This document shows, one piece after another, positions 45,911 to 60,332 of a stretch of DNA of 64,000 nt; position 1 is the stretch's first letter, and each line of letters begins with the position of its first letter. The notes under the pieces are model-generated. The model did no database searches. It was not told the DNA's origin and was given only the letters and a program-made list of their open reading frames with translations. The position numbers and the translations under genes were made by a program. The DNA is taken from NCBI GenBank assembly GCA_002269645.1, contig NIVC01001527.1:1-64000 (forward strand), given 5' to 3'. This stretch comes from Macrostomum lignano (lineage: Eukaryota).

Positions 45911-47144
45911 CTGTGTGCTTCTCTCCCTTCAATCACTTGCTCCCAATATCCCCCAATCGACATCGCACTTTCACGTTTTCCAAGACTTGTATTCCCATCA
46001 CCGACAGAAGCACAGTCCCGCTATTCCCGAATCCGGAGCCGAAATTTCAAGCCGAGCTCTCCATCCCTTGCCCCTAGGCGTGGAGCAGCTTCTGAGCCGA
46101 GTGGGGAAGTATTGCATTAACACTGTCGGTCTTGCTTCAATGAACCCGGGGCCTGCGTACTCGAGAGTCTGCACTCGATTTCCTCAGCGTTTGTCTTATT
46201 TTTCTTCTATCTCATTTACGCCTGTAGGCGCTGGAGCCTCGATTTAGATTAATCTTCTCAGCCTCTCTGCATCATCTCCATTCTGTGTCACCTCGATTTT
46301 CTATTAGCGGCCTTCAGATCCCGGCAAGCGGGTCCCCGGGTCTTATCATTATTCGCTGCTTCTTACTTCAGCTCTTCTGCTCTGCTCACTTGAGCTCGAT
46401 TTCTTCCAATCTGTCTCTCGGCCTCTTGTGCGCCAGATCAAGGACTCTTTCTTTCTTCTCTAGCGATATTGACTCCAGTGTAATCAGAGTAATCGTACTG
46501 ACAAGTATAATTTATTGATTTATTTTTAGGCAATTGTCCGTAATTTCCTGAACTGGAATTCGTTTCTGTGTAAATTTGTTTTTAAAAATTCTAATATCAG
46601 TTTACCTGAGCTTCCAATCCAGATATTTTGCCTGTGGTCCTTGATATATGCTGATTTCCAAATCTCGTGCCAGAGGTCCTTGATATATGTTGATGTGAGA
46701 AAGTCCTGCACGGGTTTACTCGAGTTTCCAGTCCAAATCTCTTGCCAGTGGTCCTTGATAATATGTTGGTTTCTAATGTAAATCTCTTGCCGGTGGTCCT
46801 TGATATACTCGTATGTTGATTACATCCATGTTTTCTATTATCGGCTTTCCTGTTTATGAATTATCATAATCTACTAGATTCCCTTGTGACCGTCTACAAA
46901 TGTCCGTCCCATAATACTCATTATTGCATGCATCATGATTCGTCACGTTCCGGTATTGAATAATGATCCAAATAAAAAAGCAGCGATTATCTTATTCCTT
47001 TGATCAGGCAGTTTTGGTGTCTTTGAAAAATTCACCAATGCACGAGTGACGATAAATCTACAATTGAAAACTCTACGATTCGTGACCGAGCATTAGGAAA
47101 TTTTTGTGGAAAACTTCTAAACTTAATATCCAGAATGAGTCTCA

Positions 47145-47910
47145 TGACCCAATATAGGGCTCATGACCCAAAATGAGGCTTATGGCCCAGGATGACTCTC
47201 ATGGCACAAAATGGAGGCCCATGACCCAGGATGACTCTAATGGCACAAAATGGAGGCCCATGACCCAAGATGAGTCTCATGACCCAGGATAGGGCTCATG
47301 ACCCAGAATGAGGCTCATGACCCAGGATAGGGCTCATGACCCAGGATAGGGCTCATGACCCAGGATAGGGCTCATGACCCAGGATAGGGCTCATGACCCA
47401 GGATAGTGCTCATGACCCAGGATAGTGCTCATGACCCAGGATAGGGCTCATGACCCAGGATAGGGCTCATGACCCAGGATAGGGCTCATGACCCAGGATA
47501 GGGCTCATGACCCAGGATAGGGCTCATGACCCAGGATAGGGCTCATGACCCAGGATAGGGCTCATGACCCAGGATAGTGCTCATGACCCAGGATAGTGCT
47601 CATGACCCAGGATAGGGCTCATGACCCAGGATAGGGCTCATGACCCAGGATAGGGCTCATGACCCAGGATAGGGCTCATGACCCAGGATAGGGCTCATGA
47701 CCCAGGATAGGGCTCATGACCCAGGATAGGGCTCATGACCCAGGATAGGGCTCATGAACCAGGATAGGGCTCATGACCCAGGATAGTGCTCATGACCCAG
47801 GATAGTGCTCATGACCCAGGATAGGGCTCATGACCCAGGATAGGGCTCATGACCCAGGATAGGGCTCATGAACCAGGATGAGACTCATGACCCAGTACAG
47901 GGCTCACCAC
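47145..47910. repeat. 19-bp minisatellite ATGACCCAGGATAGGGCTC
   Basis: More than 30 near-identical copies, degenerate at the 5' edge. Confidence 0.95.
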
Positions 47911-48567
47911 CCAGGCTCATGCCCCAAGATATGGCTTCTAACCCAAGACAATTTATCCTGGGAGTTCGACAAATGATCAGAATATTGTTTTAAAGATGCC
48001 AATGGCTGCTGGGGTCTCCTAAAAGAGGAAGACCCACTCTCTTCAAACACTATTCTATTCGTAGTTTATCGTACCGAATACCCGATACAGTCGGCAAAAC
48101 TTTACTGCTCATAAATTATTGTCAAAGCCCCGCAATTTGGTTGTTTTTATCCTCCCTCCTACCGCGGCTCGGTAATTTGCTTTGAAGTTTCGGTAGAAAA
48201 AGATAAGCCTTCTAGATTAAGGAAAACTCTGAAAAAACAGACTCACATTGCGGTCCCATCATTAATTCCCCATCGCAAGCATCCCGATTCCCAAGCTCCT
48301 CTGCAGCTCGCTTATGCACTCCCAAAGGGGATTACTGGTACCTATCTTATCTCTAACTCGCTGTGTTTTGGCTTATATTACAGTCTAAGGCTTTCTAAAA
48401 TTAAACTAAGCAGGAAGGAAGTGGCCGTGTACTAATAACTGTCTCTAGGTATGCTATTATTAACCTGCTTTCCAGTGAGATTGCGTGCTTCGCTAGGTAT
48501 TGAAGACTTGCTTTACTAATGCGCTTGTTAGTTGCTAGTCAGGTGTCTGCTCCAGCCTCTCTCGCAC

Positions 48568-48990
48568 TCTAATCCTCTCTCACTCACTCTAATCCTTTCT
48601 CATTCACTCTAATCCTTTCTCACTCACTCTAATCCTTTCTCACCCACTCTAATCCTTTCTCACCCACTCTAATCCTTTCTCACCCACTCTAATCCTTTCT
48701 CATTCACTCTAATCCTTTCTCACCCACTCTAATCCTTTTTCATTCACTCTAATCCTTTCTCACCCACTCTAATCCTTTCTCATTCACTCTAATCCTTTCT
48801 CACCCACTCTAATCCTTTCTCACCCACTCTAATCCTTTCTCACCCACTCTAATCCTTTCTCACCCACTCTAATCCTTTCTCACCCACTCTAATCCTTTCT
48901 CACCCACTCTAATCCTTTCTCACCCACTCTAATCCTTTCTCACCCACTCTAATCCTTTCTCACCCACTCTAATCCTTTCTCACCCACTAG
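48568..48990. repeat. 20-bp minisatellite CACCCACTCTAATCCTTTCT
   Basis: About 21 tandem copies. Confidence 0.95.
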
Positions 48991-50854
48991 CTCACTCTTT
49001 TTCTCTCCACTTCTCTGTTTTCAGTGATGTTTTCATTCGTTTTAGTTTGTTGCAATTCCGATATTTACGAGTATACGAGTACTTCAGCATGGAGTTATTG
49101 CTTAGCGACAAACACCTAACGGAATCAATTCCCGAAGTCTAATTAGCACAGTAATAAATCTGTCCTTTAGCGATGACTACAGTTAATGCACAGGCTGTTA
49201 GGCAACTAGCACTTATAATAGCAACAAGAACACTAAATCTTTGGCTAAAGTACATTCTGTCTGTCTGTCTGCCAAAAGTGCACAGGCATAGATGCAGAGA
49301 TATTTCCCTAATGATTTGCGCGAAGTCTTCACTGGCCATAACTCATTAATTTATATGTTTATTGTTGTTCGTTAGCCATTTCTGCACGAGCTGCACTGGT
49401 AGAAGAACTGGTATATGTACATTACGTTATTGTAGACTGATTGATGGCTACAAAATAGTTTTGCCTAAATAGCTGGCCTAATTTAAGCTGCCAGATTTTA
49501 TGGAGTCTAATAATGCTTGTTTACTACTCTTTCATTTATGGACAAGTCTTTTGGGATTTGATTGCTAGGAATTTCAGTTTTTATGTTAACTCTGCCACGT
49601 GCACTCTTTCAGCGACGATAAAAGATAGAAAATTTGGATGGATTTGGAGATAGCGGAAAGATGCTATGAGATGGAAGAGATTAGATGATAGGCGCGGGAT
49701 TAAGGGATAGAAAAGATTGGGGTTAGAAGGGATGGGAAGATTGATAGGAAGATAGAAGGGATGGGAGATAGAAGGGATGGGGAGATAGATGGGAAGATAG
49801 TTGGGATTGGAGATTCAAGGAATGGGGAGATAGACTGGGTTGGGAGATGAAAGGGATGGGAGATAGAAGGGATAGGAAGATAGGAGGGATAGGGTGATAT
49901 ATGGGAAGATGGGAGGGGCGAAAGAACTAATCAGCTATTTCTATACCGGCATGTTTTTCAGCAAGCGAAGTCAGCACACTGCTATTGGCATTTTGGTCAG
50001 CGAGGCTTCAGTTAAAAAAAACCAAGCAAGGATGGGTTTCTTTGACAGTTGCTGTCCCAATGCCAGAATGGAAGCATTAGTATTGGCTTATTATAGGTCT
50101 TAGGGCATATATTTATGCTAACATTCTGTGGGTTGGCATTTCTTTTATCGTCTCTTAATAAGATGCGTATTGTTTTAGGTAGGCTAGATTAGCTAGCTTG
50201 CACTTTCTAAGAGAGCCAGATTTTGTAGCGTACACTTGCTTAGTGACTAGATGGAATAATAGCCCCATAAATTTTATTATTTTCCTATATTCAGATAAGC
50301 GACTTCTCCTTCCAAATAGGAAATATGCCTGAATTGGGGGTGCGCTTTGCCGGAATCTCGCAGCCTCCTTTAAGAATTGCTAATCAGAGCGGAACAGTGA
50401 GGCCCGGAAATTCTATTAGCGGGTCCAATTCTTCTTAATAAGTCGCCTGCGCAGGGAGAATCTAATGGGAAGAAAATCAGTTCCAGGATATCAAAGTAGG
50501 TCGAACTAATCCCATTGGGGATTTTCCTCTCCCTCTCTTTCGACCGACTTTTCCTCCTAGATTTTTCTTGTGTACCAGCCTATGATTTCTTCTTCTGTGC
50601 CACTAATGAAGCCGGTCTCTTTCTTTCGGTGCAGGTGTGCACACGCGCACTTTAAATCCTGTTCATGGCGCTTCTGGCTTGCTTTTGTCTGGTTTCTGCA
50701 ACTTTTCAGCTTTTCTTCAATCAAAGGTCGTTCTAATAGTTTTTTTGTTATTTTCTTTTCAAATTTATTCTTTTTTCGGATAGTTATCTGCGGCACAAAT
50801 CGAAATTTCGCACTTTATACGGAAGTATATTCGACGCTACATATCGGCTAAAAA

Positions 50855-51108
50855 CTAATTTATTTTTCTGACGCTACATATCGGTTAATATTTGATTTGT
50901 ATTTCTGACGCAACATATCAGCTAAAATTTGATTTATATTTCTGACGCTACATATCAGCTAAAATTTGATTTATATTTCTGACGCTACATATCTGCTAAT
51001 ATTTGATTTATATTTCTGACACTACATATCGGCTAAAAAGTAGTTTATATTTCTTACGCTACATATCGGCAAAATAAATTTATATTTCTGACGCTACATA
51101 TCGGCTAC
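50855..51108. repeat. 37-bp minisatellite containing TTTCTGACGCTACATATC
   Basis: About 7 copies. Confidence 0.88.
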
Positions 51109-51569
51109 ACTCCCAGATAGTTTAATGTTGCCGTCGAAATATTTATTCTGCTTATGAATTCAGAAACTGAGCTGCCCCGTTCCAATATAAATTTCCCACG
51201 GCCTTGTAAAACTCAAACTCAAAAAAATATGTCAGGTGTCACGCGAACCCCCGCCCTGGATGTTTTTATCCGACGGCAAAATTCAGACGCTCACATAATT
51301 TAATCAGAGTCGGCGGCTGTGGATAGACTTGCGTGACTGGCTTTGTATAAAATGCAATATGCAGTGAACCATTACAGGAATATTTATATATATATATATA
51401 TAATATGACGAAATTACTTCAAGGAAAGGCACGCTTCGATACTTTGAAAAGCTTGCATCCTGTGGTGCCGATTTAGGTGATACTTTGAGCATAAAAATAA
51501 CGCATTGGCATTAGCATCTGCTGTGTTATTAGATGCCAGTCTTAATGATTGAAATCAGCCCAATCAATA

Positions 51570-51920
51570 CGACCAAAACCAAGCAAGTCTGTATGATCAA
51601 AACCGAGCAAGTCTGTATGACCAAAACCAAGAAAGTCTGTATGACCAAAACCAAGCCAGTCTGCATGAGCAAAACCGAGCCACACTGTATGACCAATACC
51701 GAGTCCGACTATGACCAAAGCCAAGACAGAGTTTATGTCCAGAATGACCAGAACGAATCCAGTGTGTGTGTGTGACCAGAATGAATCCAGTCTATATGAC
51801 CAGAATGAATCCAGTCTGTATGACCATAACGAATCCAGTCTATATGACCAGAATGAATCCAGTCTGTATGGCCAGAAAGAATCCAGTCTATATGACCAGA
51901 ATGAAATCCATTCTGTATGA
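51570..51920. repeat. 24-bp degenerate minisatellite (TATGACCAGAATGAATCCAGTC..)
   Basis: 8-codon periodicity in the ORF track. Confidence 0.85.
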
Positions 51921-52110
51921 CCCTGTAACAACTGCAACTCCCACAGAGGCTGCAAACTTCGATCAGTCTGTGCTCTCATGCTCATCAAAGCTCTGCAGCG
52001 AATGCTTCCCAGGATTCTGCATCCACCAGCAGACTCTGATCCCGATTTCTAAGAAATGCACCACATCCGGCTGCGGCTCCAGGCCACCTAAGCGAGCGAA
52101 ATTTGCTCGA

Positions 52111-55100
52111 ATGGCTGAGCACTTCGAGTACAATCATATACCCGCTCATTTGTCTTCGATTCAGGTGAGTCGCGTGCGCGCGTGAAAATTAAAAGTATTA
52201 ATAACCCCCCTTCGAATCTCCGAATAAGTAAAACCAATCAACACCAAATTAAGAGGACGAATGACTCCTAATATAAGGAGAACAGATGACCCCAGATAAA
52301 GGAGGACAAATGACCCCAGATAAAGGAGGACGAATGATCCCAGATAAAGGAGGACAAATGACCCCAGATAAAGGAGGACAAATGACCCCAGATAAAGGAG
52401 GACAAATGACCCCAGATAAAGGAGGACAAATGACCCCAGATAAAGGAGGACGAATGATCCCAGATAAAGGAGGACAAATGATCCCAGATAAAGGAGGACA
52501 AATGACCCCAGATAAAGGAGGACGAATGATCCCAGATAAAGGAGGACGAATGACCCCGGATAAAGGAGGACAAATGACCCCGGATAAAGGAGGAAAAATG
52601 ACCCCAGATAAAGGAGGACAAATGACCCCAGATAAAGGAGGACAAATGACCCCAGATAAAGGAGGACATATGACCCCAGATAAAGGAGGACAAATGACCC
52701 CAGATAAAGGAGGACAAATGACCCCCATATTACATCAAACAACTCTGACAAATGGCCCCAAACGAAGAGGACCCCGGATCTATGTATGACTGCGTGTTTT
52801 TGAGTTTTCAATTTTTTACCATATTTAAGCAACCCTCTGCAATAATCTTGTATTTTTGCAGAACTTCCACGTCAAGTCCGTCCTATGCTACCGTGGCCAC
52901 CTAATTGTGCTGCACCTGGTTCGCAACATGGCCTCTCAATTCGGCCTGGTGGATCTGCAGATTAACAAATTTCTCGGCATATTTGGCAAACAATTCACCG
53001 AATTCTCGGTCGAACTAGTACGCGGCGAAATCGCACCGGACGAGACTAAATGCTTGGTTTTGATGCCCTCAGTCAGGTACCCGCATTTTGACGTGCTGCA
53101 CCTGTACGATTTGCGGACCAAGGAGGCTCTGTCAGAGGTTGGTTACTAGGGGCTTATTGGTATATTTACCAACACTTTCACCGATCCTAATTCACCTATT
53201 CACCGATCCTAATTCACCTATTCACCGATCCTAATTCACCTATTCACCGATCTTAATTCACTTATTCACCGATCTTAATTCACTTATTCACCGATCCTAA
53301 TTTACCTATTCACCGATCCTCATTCACCTAGTTACCGATCCTAATTCACCTATTCACCGATCCTAATTCACCTATTCACCGATCCTAATATTCACCTATT
53401 CACCGATCCTAATTCACCGATCCTAATTCACCTATTCACCGATCCTAATATTCACCTATTCACCGATCCTAATTCACCTATTTACCGATCCTAATTCACC
53501 TATTCGCCGATATTAATTCACCTATTCACCGATCCTAATTCACCTATTCACCGATCCTAATTCACCTATTCACTGATCCTAATTCACCTATTCACCGATC
53601 CTAATTCACCTATTCACCGATCCTAATTCACCTATTCACCGATCCTAATTCACCTATTCACCCATCCTAATTCACCTATTCACCCATCCTAATTCACCTA
53701 TTCACCGATCCTAATTCACCTATTCACCGATCCTAATTCACCTATTCACCGATCCTAATTTACCTATTCACCGATCTTAATTCACCTATTCACCGATCCT
53801 TATCCACCCATTTACATGTACCAATACTGAAGCATCCATTCACCAATACTGAAGCATCCATTCACCAATACTGAAGCATCAATACACCAATACTGAAGCA
53901 TCCATTCACCAATACTGAAGCATCCATTCACCAATACTGAAGCATCCATTCACCAATACTGAAGCATCCATTCACCAATACTGAAGCATCCATTCACCAA
54001 TACTGAAGCATCCATTCACCAATACTGAAGCATCCATTCACCAATACTGAAGCATCCATTCACCAATACTGAAGCATCCATTCACCAATACTGAAGCATC
54101 CATTCACCAATACTGAAGCATCCATTCACCAATACTGAAGCATCCATTCACCAATACTGAAGCATCCATTCACCAATACTGAAGCATCCATTCACCAATA
54201 CTGAAGCATCCATTCACCAATACTGAAGCATCCATTCACCAGTCCCGCTCCACGTATTCACCAATTCTCATCCACCCATTCACCGTCGCCCCACCGCAGC
54301 TGATGATTCCCCGCGCCGGCTGCCTATTCGCATTCGATCCCCGCTTTGCCAACCTCCGCCTGGCTGCCACCAATTTCGGCCGGGTGTCATCGACCGCCTC
54401 CTCCGGTGGCTCCACTGCCGGCAACAACGCGCAGCACCAGCACCCGCTCCGGGCCGCCACGCCGAGAGCCGCCGCCGCCGCTGCTGCCGCCGCTGCCGCA
54501 GCAGCTGCCGCCGCTTCAGGCGGCATCTGCGTGTTGGACTGTCACAAATGGCTGCGACTTCGCACTTCGCCGCTCGGCCTGCCGCCTGATCAAACTGTTC
54601 GACGGCTTCTGTACACCAAGGCTGGTCATCTGCTGCTGGCGGTTACTACTGAGACTGCCGAGTGCCTCTGCTCTGGCGGAGGTGGCGGCGGCGGTGGCGG
54701 CGGCGGAGGTGGTGGTGGTGGTCGTCGCTCAAGGTGATTTTTATACTTTTGTCAAACTGAAGTCAGAGTGGTGCTGACCAATCAAACTGCAGGAAGAGTT
54801 GGAGTTTAGTCTCGACCAATCAGAACACGAGAAGGGATAGAGAGAGACTGCCAATCCTAGTCTCGACCAATCAGAACACGAGAAGGGATAGAGAGAGACT
54901 GCCAATCCTAGTCTCGACCAATCAGAACACGAGAAGGGATAGAGAGAGACTGCCAATCCTAGTCTCAACCAATCAGAACACGAGAAGGGATAGAGAGAGA
55001 CTGCCAATCCTAGTCTCGACCAATCAGAACACGAGAAGGGATAGAGAGAGACTGCCAATCCTAGTCTCGACCAATGAGAACACTAGAGAGAACAGAGAGA

Positions 55101-56051
55101 GATCCAATTGGAAATTAAAAAACTTTCTAGGCAGCCACTGGCCTGTCAGCTAGTCGCGTTCAACTCGGACACCCTGGTCCGTGTCTACTGCCTTCGCTAC
55201 AGCCGCTATGCCTGCCCGCTGCACAGCTGCCCGGCTAATTACACGCCGGTGCTGTCCAGATGCGGATCCAGAATTGCCTACGCAACTAATTTCACCTATG
55301 GCTCAGCGGCTTCTAGTGGCACAACTAGCGTTGCCGTGGCTTCAATTAATTCGACTGTTGGCGTTGCCGGACCTCCTGGACTGGCTGCAGGGCTCGGCTT
55401 GGCGACCGGTTCGACTTCTAGCGAGTGTTCGGTTATGGTTAGACAGCTGCCGCAGCCCCTCACTCTCAGGGCGATGGCTAGGGAGGTCATCTTGCAGGTA
55501 ACCTGGGATGATACCCGAGTATATTGCCACCTGTGTGTGTGAAATACCTGGGTATATTTTCATATGTGTGTGATAGATACCTGGGTATTGTCACCTGTGT
55601 TTGTGTGATAACTACCTGGGTATTGTCACCTGTGTGATAGATACCTGGGTATTGTCACCTGCGTGTGTGTGATAGATACCTGGGTATATTGTCACCTGTG
55701 TGTGATAGATACCTGGGTATATTGTCACCTGTGTGATAGATACCTGAGTATTGTACCAGTGTGATATATACCTGGGTATATTGTCACCTGTGTGATAGAT
55801 ACCTAAGTATTGTACCAGTGTGATATATACCTGGGTATTGTCATCTGTGTAGTATAGACGCCATGGTATTGTCACCGTAACTTACGTGTACACCCGAACC
55901 CCACTCACTCCGCCAGATGTGGCCAGACCAGTACCTGTGCAATCAAGTGCTGTTGCCAAGGCGACTGCAGAGCTACTTGAAATTCTTGCCCGATTTCACC
56001 TGCGCCGGATCTTGCCTATCCAGGTCCAGCTCTACGGCTACCAGCTATTGA
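52111..56051 (+). CDS. SOCS-box protein with a predicted beta-rich N-terminal region, 5 exons, ~421 aa
   Basis: Exons 52111-52164, 52862-53137, 54300-54733, 55131-55497, 55917-56051 (GT-AG, phases consistent, 1,266 nt). Spliced PLTLRAMAREVILQ|MWPDQYLCNQVLLPRRLQSYLKF fits the SOCS-box pattern. The start may lie further upstream. Confidence 0.72.
52285..52726. repeat. 24-bp minisatellite ATGACCCCAGATAAAGGAGGACAA (intronic)
   Basis: About 18 copies. Confidence 0.95.
53180..54241. repeat. Two adjacent 22-bp minisatellites (intronic)
   Basis: ATTCACCGATCCTAATTCACCT (to ~53800) and CCAATACTGAAGCATCCATTCA (53820-54241). Confidence 0.95.
54808..55075. repeat. 51-bp minisatellite (intronic)
   Basis: CTAGTCTCGACCAATCAGAACACGAGAAGGGATAGAGAGAGACTGCCAATC, about 5 copies. 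Confidence 0.93.
55540..55875. repeat. ~30-bp degenerate minisatellite (GATAGATACCTGGGTATTGTCACCTGTGT)
   Basis: Intronic, directly visible. Confidence 0.85.
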
Positions 56052-57399
56052 GGATGGCTAATGTTGATGACTACCGATATGTATCGATATCAATATTTAT
56101 TTAGGCTGTATCTTAGCTAGCGTGCAACCAGCGTGTTTAGAGAACGATCATAAACTGTTTTTGAAATGAATAAGTAAAATATTAATATTTCGTTACCTAG
56201 ATTTCATGCTCACCGATTCGAATAAAAAGTATGCACAAGCGTATATTCAGCTCTAACAGCCGATATTTAGCGAACTTTTTAATTTTCCTATATTAAGCTA
56301 GTGTAGTTACAAACTAGAATATGCTTTGTAGGGAGTTTTGTTTGCTTTCTACTTATCTTATTCATTTATTTATGTGCATGTACTCGTTCCTACAGATATC
56401 CCTAGCCCTGTTTTTTCATTTGTCATTCGTCAATAAAATTTGAACTCGTGCCATATCGATTCTTTTTATTCTTATAATCGAGGAATTCGTTTTAATAACT
56501 GTAAATAGTTTTGGCGCGAATTCAAGTTTTTTTGGCAACTGTCATAGCTGCACTAAAATTCAGTTTACATTAATTTTTTGTTTTTTTACTAAAATTGCTT
56601 TTATTCTTTGTTTTAATACCTTGATGCAGTTTTTTGTGTTAATAAATGTCAATTTCCTTTGGTTTTATAATTCATTTTTTGTTTAAACGGTTTTCCCGCG
56701 AATTCATGGCTTCTTTGTAAATTTTATCCAGCAGTTTTTTGCTATATCCACTGCTTATACTATTAAACTGTTTAGAAGGTGTACATTTTTGTTTAATGTA
56801 TTTTTTAATCATCCATTTTGTTGTTTTCCGGCATTATTTGTTTTACTGTTTTTGTAACTATTCATTTTTAACGAAGAGTTTTTCGCTTTAAAAAATCTCC
56901 CTTAGTTTTTTCGCTGGCATTTTATTGAATCTAATTCTTCAATGTATCTTTTCAAAAATATGGATTTTCATCGATCGTCCTGCTTTTGTATAAACAGACA
57001 AATTTCAGTCCTTATGCTTGTTGTCTTAATTTCTTTTTTTCTTATCTCTTCCGTTAACTTTTTTATTTTGAACCCCACCGCAGCACTTTCCCTATTCGAG
57101 ACTTAGTTTGGATTTTTGTGGTAAATATTATCGGTGTTAATATCTGATTTATTGCCTGCTGTGTTTTCTCATTTTAATGCTTCTCTGTTAATAACTTTTT
57201 TCATAAGACTGTTTTAATCATAATAACCTTTATATATATAAGTTCGGATTGTTATACATATATATATATATATGTACTGCTTCTAAACGGTACGCCCTGT
57301 GCAGATTTGTTTTTTTAATGTTTCTTCATGATTTTGCCTGCCAGAACACCTGTTCAAGCAATTGACAAATTGTGTTCTAGATAAATCAGCCACCTAGCC

Positions 57400-57690
57400 C
57401 ACGTCCCGCACCCACCCCCACGCCCCGCACCCACCCCACGCCCCGCACCCACCCCACGCCCCGCACCCACCCCACGCCCCGCACCCACCCCACGCCCCGC
57501 ACCCACCCCACGCCCGCACCCACCCCACGCCCCGCACCCACCCCACGCCCCGCACCAACCATACGCCCCATGCCCACCCACACGCCCGCACCCACCCCAC
57601 GCCCGCACCCACCTCCATGCCCGCACCCACCTCCATGCCCCGCACCCACCTCCATGCCCCGCACCCACCTCACGCCCCGCACCCACTCCA
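57400..57690. repeat. C-rich 18-bp minisatellite ACCCACCCCACGCCCCGC
   Basis: G-tract-rich on the minus strand (G-quadruplex potential). Confidence 0.9.
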
Positions 57691-58647
57691 CTCCGCAGTA
57701 ATCTCACTTCCTTCACCGATAGCTTTCCATTTTGTAGAAAATCTGTAAACAATGACCCATATTGTTTTGAGTTCTAGTTCTTATTGCAGATTTGTTTTAG
57801 TTGTTTCAATACGATGCAATGAAAACTGTTCTTTCAAGTCTTTATTCTCCAGTTTGGTACAAAGTAGATCCTAAGCGTGATCGAATAATATACTGAAAAT
57901 TTTCATTATATTATTTGGTTTGAATTACTGCAATCCTGCAAATAATTGTGAGCACACTTGCATAACTTGCTGGTAACATGTATTGTATTTTATGCTTGAC
58001 TTGCTGCTGAAATATTATTGCAGTTTCATATTAATTTGTGTGAGCGCTTTTTAGATTTTCCGTTTTTGTGTTCCGTTGATTTTTTACTTATAGTTCACAT
58101 TATTATTATTGTCTGACTCACAAGTTTTTATGTTTTAGTCCGAATTACACTACTTGTGTAAGTAGCAAAGCTGTAATGTGTGGCTTGTAAGTTTTGTTTT
58201 TATTATATACAAGGTAACCATATCGGTTTGTAGTAGTTGCTGGATGTTTGCCCTGTGTGGGCTAATAAATAATAAACAATAAAATAATGCAGAGCTAGTA
58301 AAGTGAAGTTTTAATTTATTTGTTCGTTTATTATTATTACTTTTTTAATATAGTGGGTTAGTTACGTATACATTGTATTGACTATTGATATAAATTGAAA
58401 TATGAACTGTATACTTGATATCAGCTAATGACAGTTTCATCATTGCAGGATAACAGACAGAGAAAAATAAATTTAGTTTGTTCAATTTTTAAAACAACTT
58501 CTACCAACAGCTGTGTTATAATAGGGACTAGACTAGAATAACACCGTGAGTTTATTTCTGATCAGTTCACCAGAACAATAAAAATGGCGTCGTTTTGTCT
58601 CATGAGACGGCTCACAAGTGCTTGAAGATGCAGCAATTATTCATAAA

Positions 58648-60332
58648 TTATCTACGACTGAAAATCAGCCGATAATCTCCGGGCACTCGCAGTGATCCCA
58701 TGTGTCCCCTGAGGATGTCGTCCTTCTTTGCCGCACTCTCCGGCTCCGGCCGCACCCGGTACCGCTGCATGATGGCCGTGAAGAACAGGAAAATCTCCAT
58801 TCGCGCCAGAGACTCGCCAACGCAAGAGCGCCGACCAATCAGGAACGGGATGAGGTACGGACTGCTCCGGTAGCGACCTTTGTTGTCGAGAAAGTGCTCA
58901 GGGTAGAACTCGTTCGGTCTCTCCCAGTACTCGGCTCGGTGGTGGACGCCGTAAACCAGTGGGATGATGATCGCATCGCTCGGGATTCGGTAGCCGTGGA
59001 AGGTTGCGTCTTCCACTGAGCGATGGAAAACTCCGATGGCAGCCAGCGAGGCTTTTCTGTAGGTCTCGTCGATGACAGCGCTGGTGTAGTGCAGTTCTGT
59101 CCTGTCCTGCATCCGTGGACGCCTCGATTGACCGACGACGGAGTCGAGCTCGTTCTGGACTCGGTCCTGCACCTCCGGATAGAAGGCCATGTAGAGCAGC
59201 AGCCACTCCATCGATCGGGCGGTCGTGTCAGTGCCGGCCAGGTAGAACTCGAAGCACACTCGGATGAGCTGGAACTCCTTGAACGTCTCAAAGTCGCCAG
59301 CCTTCTCAGCCTTGCGCTTCTCCTGTTGTAAAATTTACGAAATGGTTTAGCACTAATTGGTTTACTTTTATACTAGTGCTGGTCTTCGGACCAAATTCTA
59401 AATTCTTCCAGCGGTCTCACCTGGATGTACGCATCGCACAGGCAGGTGGGCTGCACATCGGACCCAGCCGGCATCGCCGCCTCCCGCAGTCGGATCTGCT
59501 GGCGAAAGAACTCGTTCAGGTATTCGACATCGCGAAACACCCGCGTAGACATCGGTATGATGTCCAGCAGCTTCTCGGCGGCCGGGAACAGAAAGCAGGC
59601 GGTCTCGGAGATGCCCGACTCCAGCGTGGCCGCGATCAGGCTGGTCACCTTCTTGAAGTCGGGATCGTCGCGGTGAAACCGCCTGCCAAGCGTCATCTCG
59701 GTGATGACGGAATTCACGGCCAGCAGAAATGTGTCCAGAGTTTTCACCGGCTGCGCAGCCTCCGCTGCCTCGTCCAGCTGCTGCAGCAGCGGCTCCAGCT
59801 GGTCCTCGATCATGCCAACCGCCTTGGAGCCGGAGAACCCGATCTCACGCAGGGTCCTCAAACTCAGTCGTCTCTGATGGCACCAGACTTTGCCTTCGAC
59901 TAGAAATATGCCACAGTTCCTGGTCATCTTCTCAAACAGGCGCAGTCTTGGCCTGCCCGCAAACACCGGGTCGTCCAGCATCTCCTTCATCAGCGGATAG
60001 GAGTTCACTACCACAAACAGTCGGCCGCCCAGATAGAACGAGCACAAGTCGCCGTACTTCTGGCATTCCTTCTGCATCGTCAGGTGCAGGCACAGGGCGT
60101 CGGCCCAGGGCAGTCGCCCCAGCAGCGGCACCCCGACAGGCCCGGGCGGCAGGTCGCGAGCTCGCCTCCAGCTGCAGTAGGCTGCGTAGGCGGCGGCGGC
60201 GGCTGCCACGGCTACCATCGCCGTAGCTGCCGAGCACATTGTCGAACTGCTGGACGTCGAACTCGAAGCCAAGCCGGTGACCGCCAGCGTCCAGTGCAGC
60301 CAGTCGGTGAACAGTTGGCGATGCGGTTGCAT
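58648..60332 (-). CDS. Cytochrome P450, clan 2 (CYP2-like), 2 exons, ~528 aa
   Basis: Exons 60332-59421 and 59322-58648. PPGP hinge, WxxxR, AGTDTT, ETYR (ExxR), PEHF, heme motif PFLIGRRSCVGESLA. Confidence 0.93.

Noticed and set aside
47145-47910. CRISPR-like appearance of short regular repeats (also 36821-37600, 53180-54241, 60915-61630)
   Set aside because: Units are head-to-tail with no unique spacers, no cas genes are present, and the context is eukaryotic with introns.
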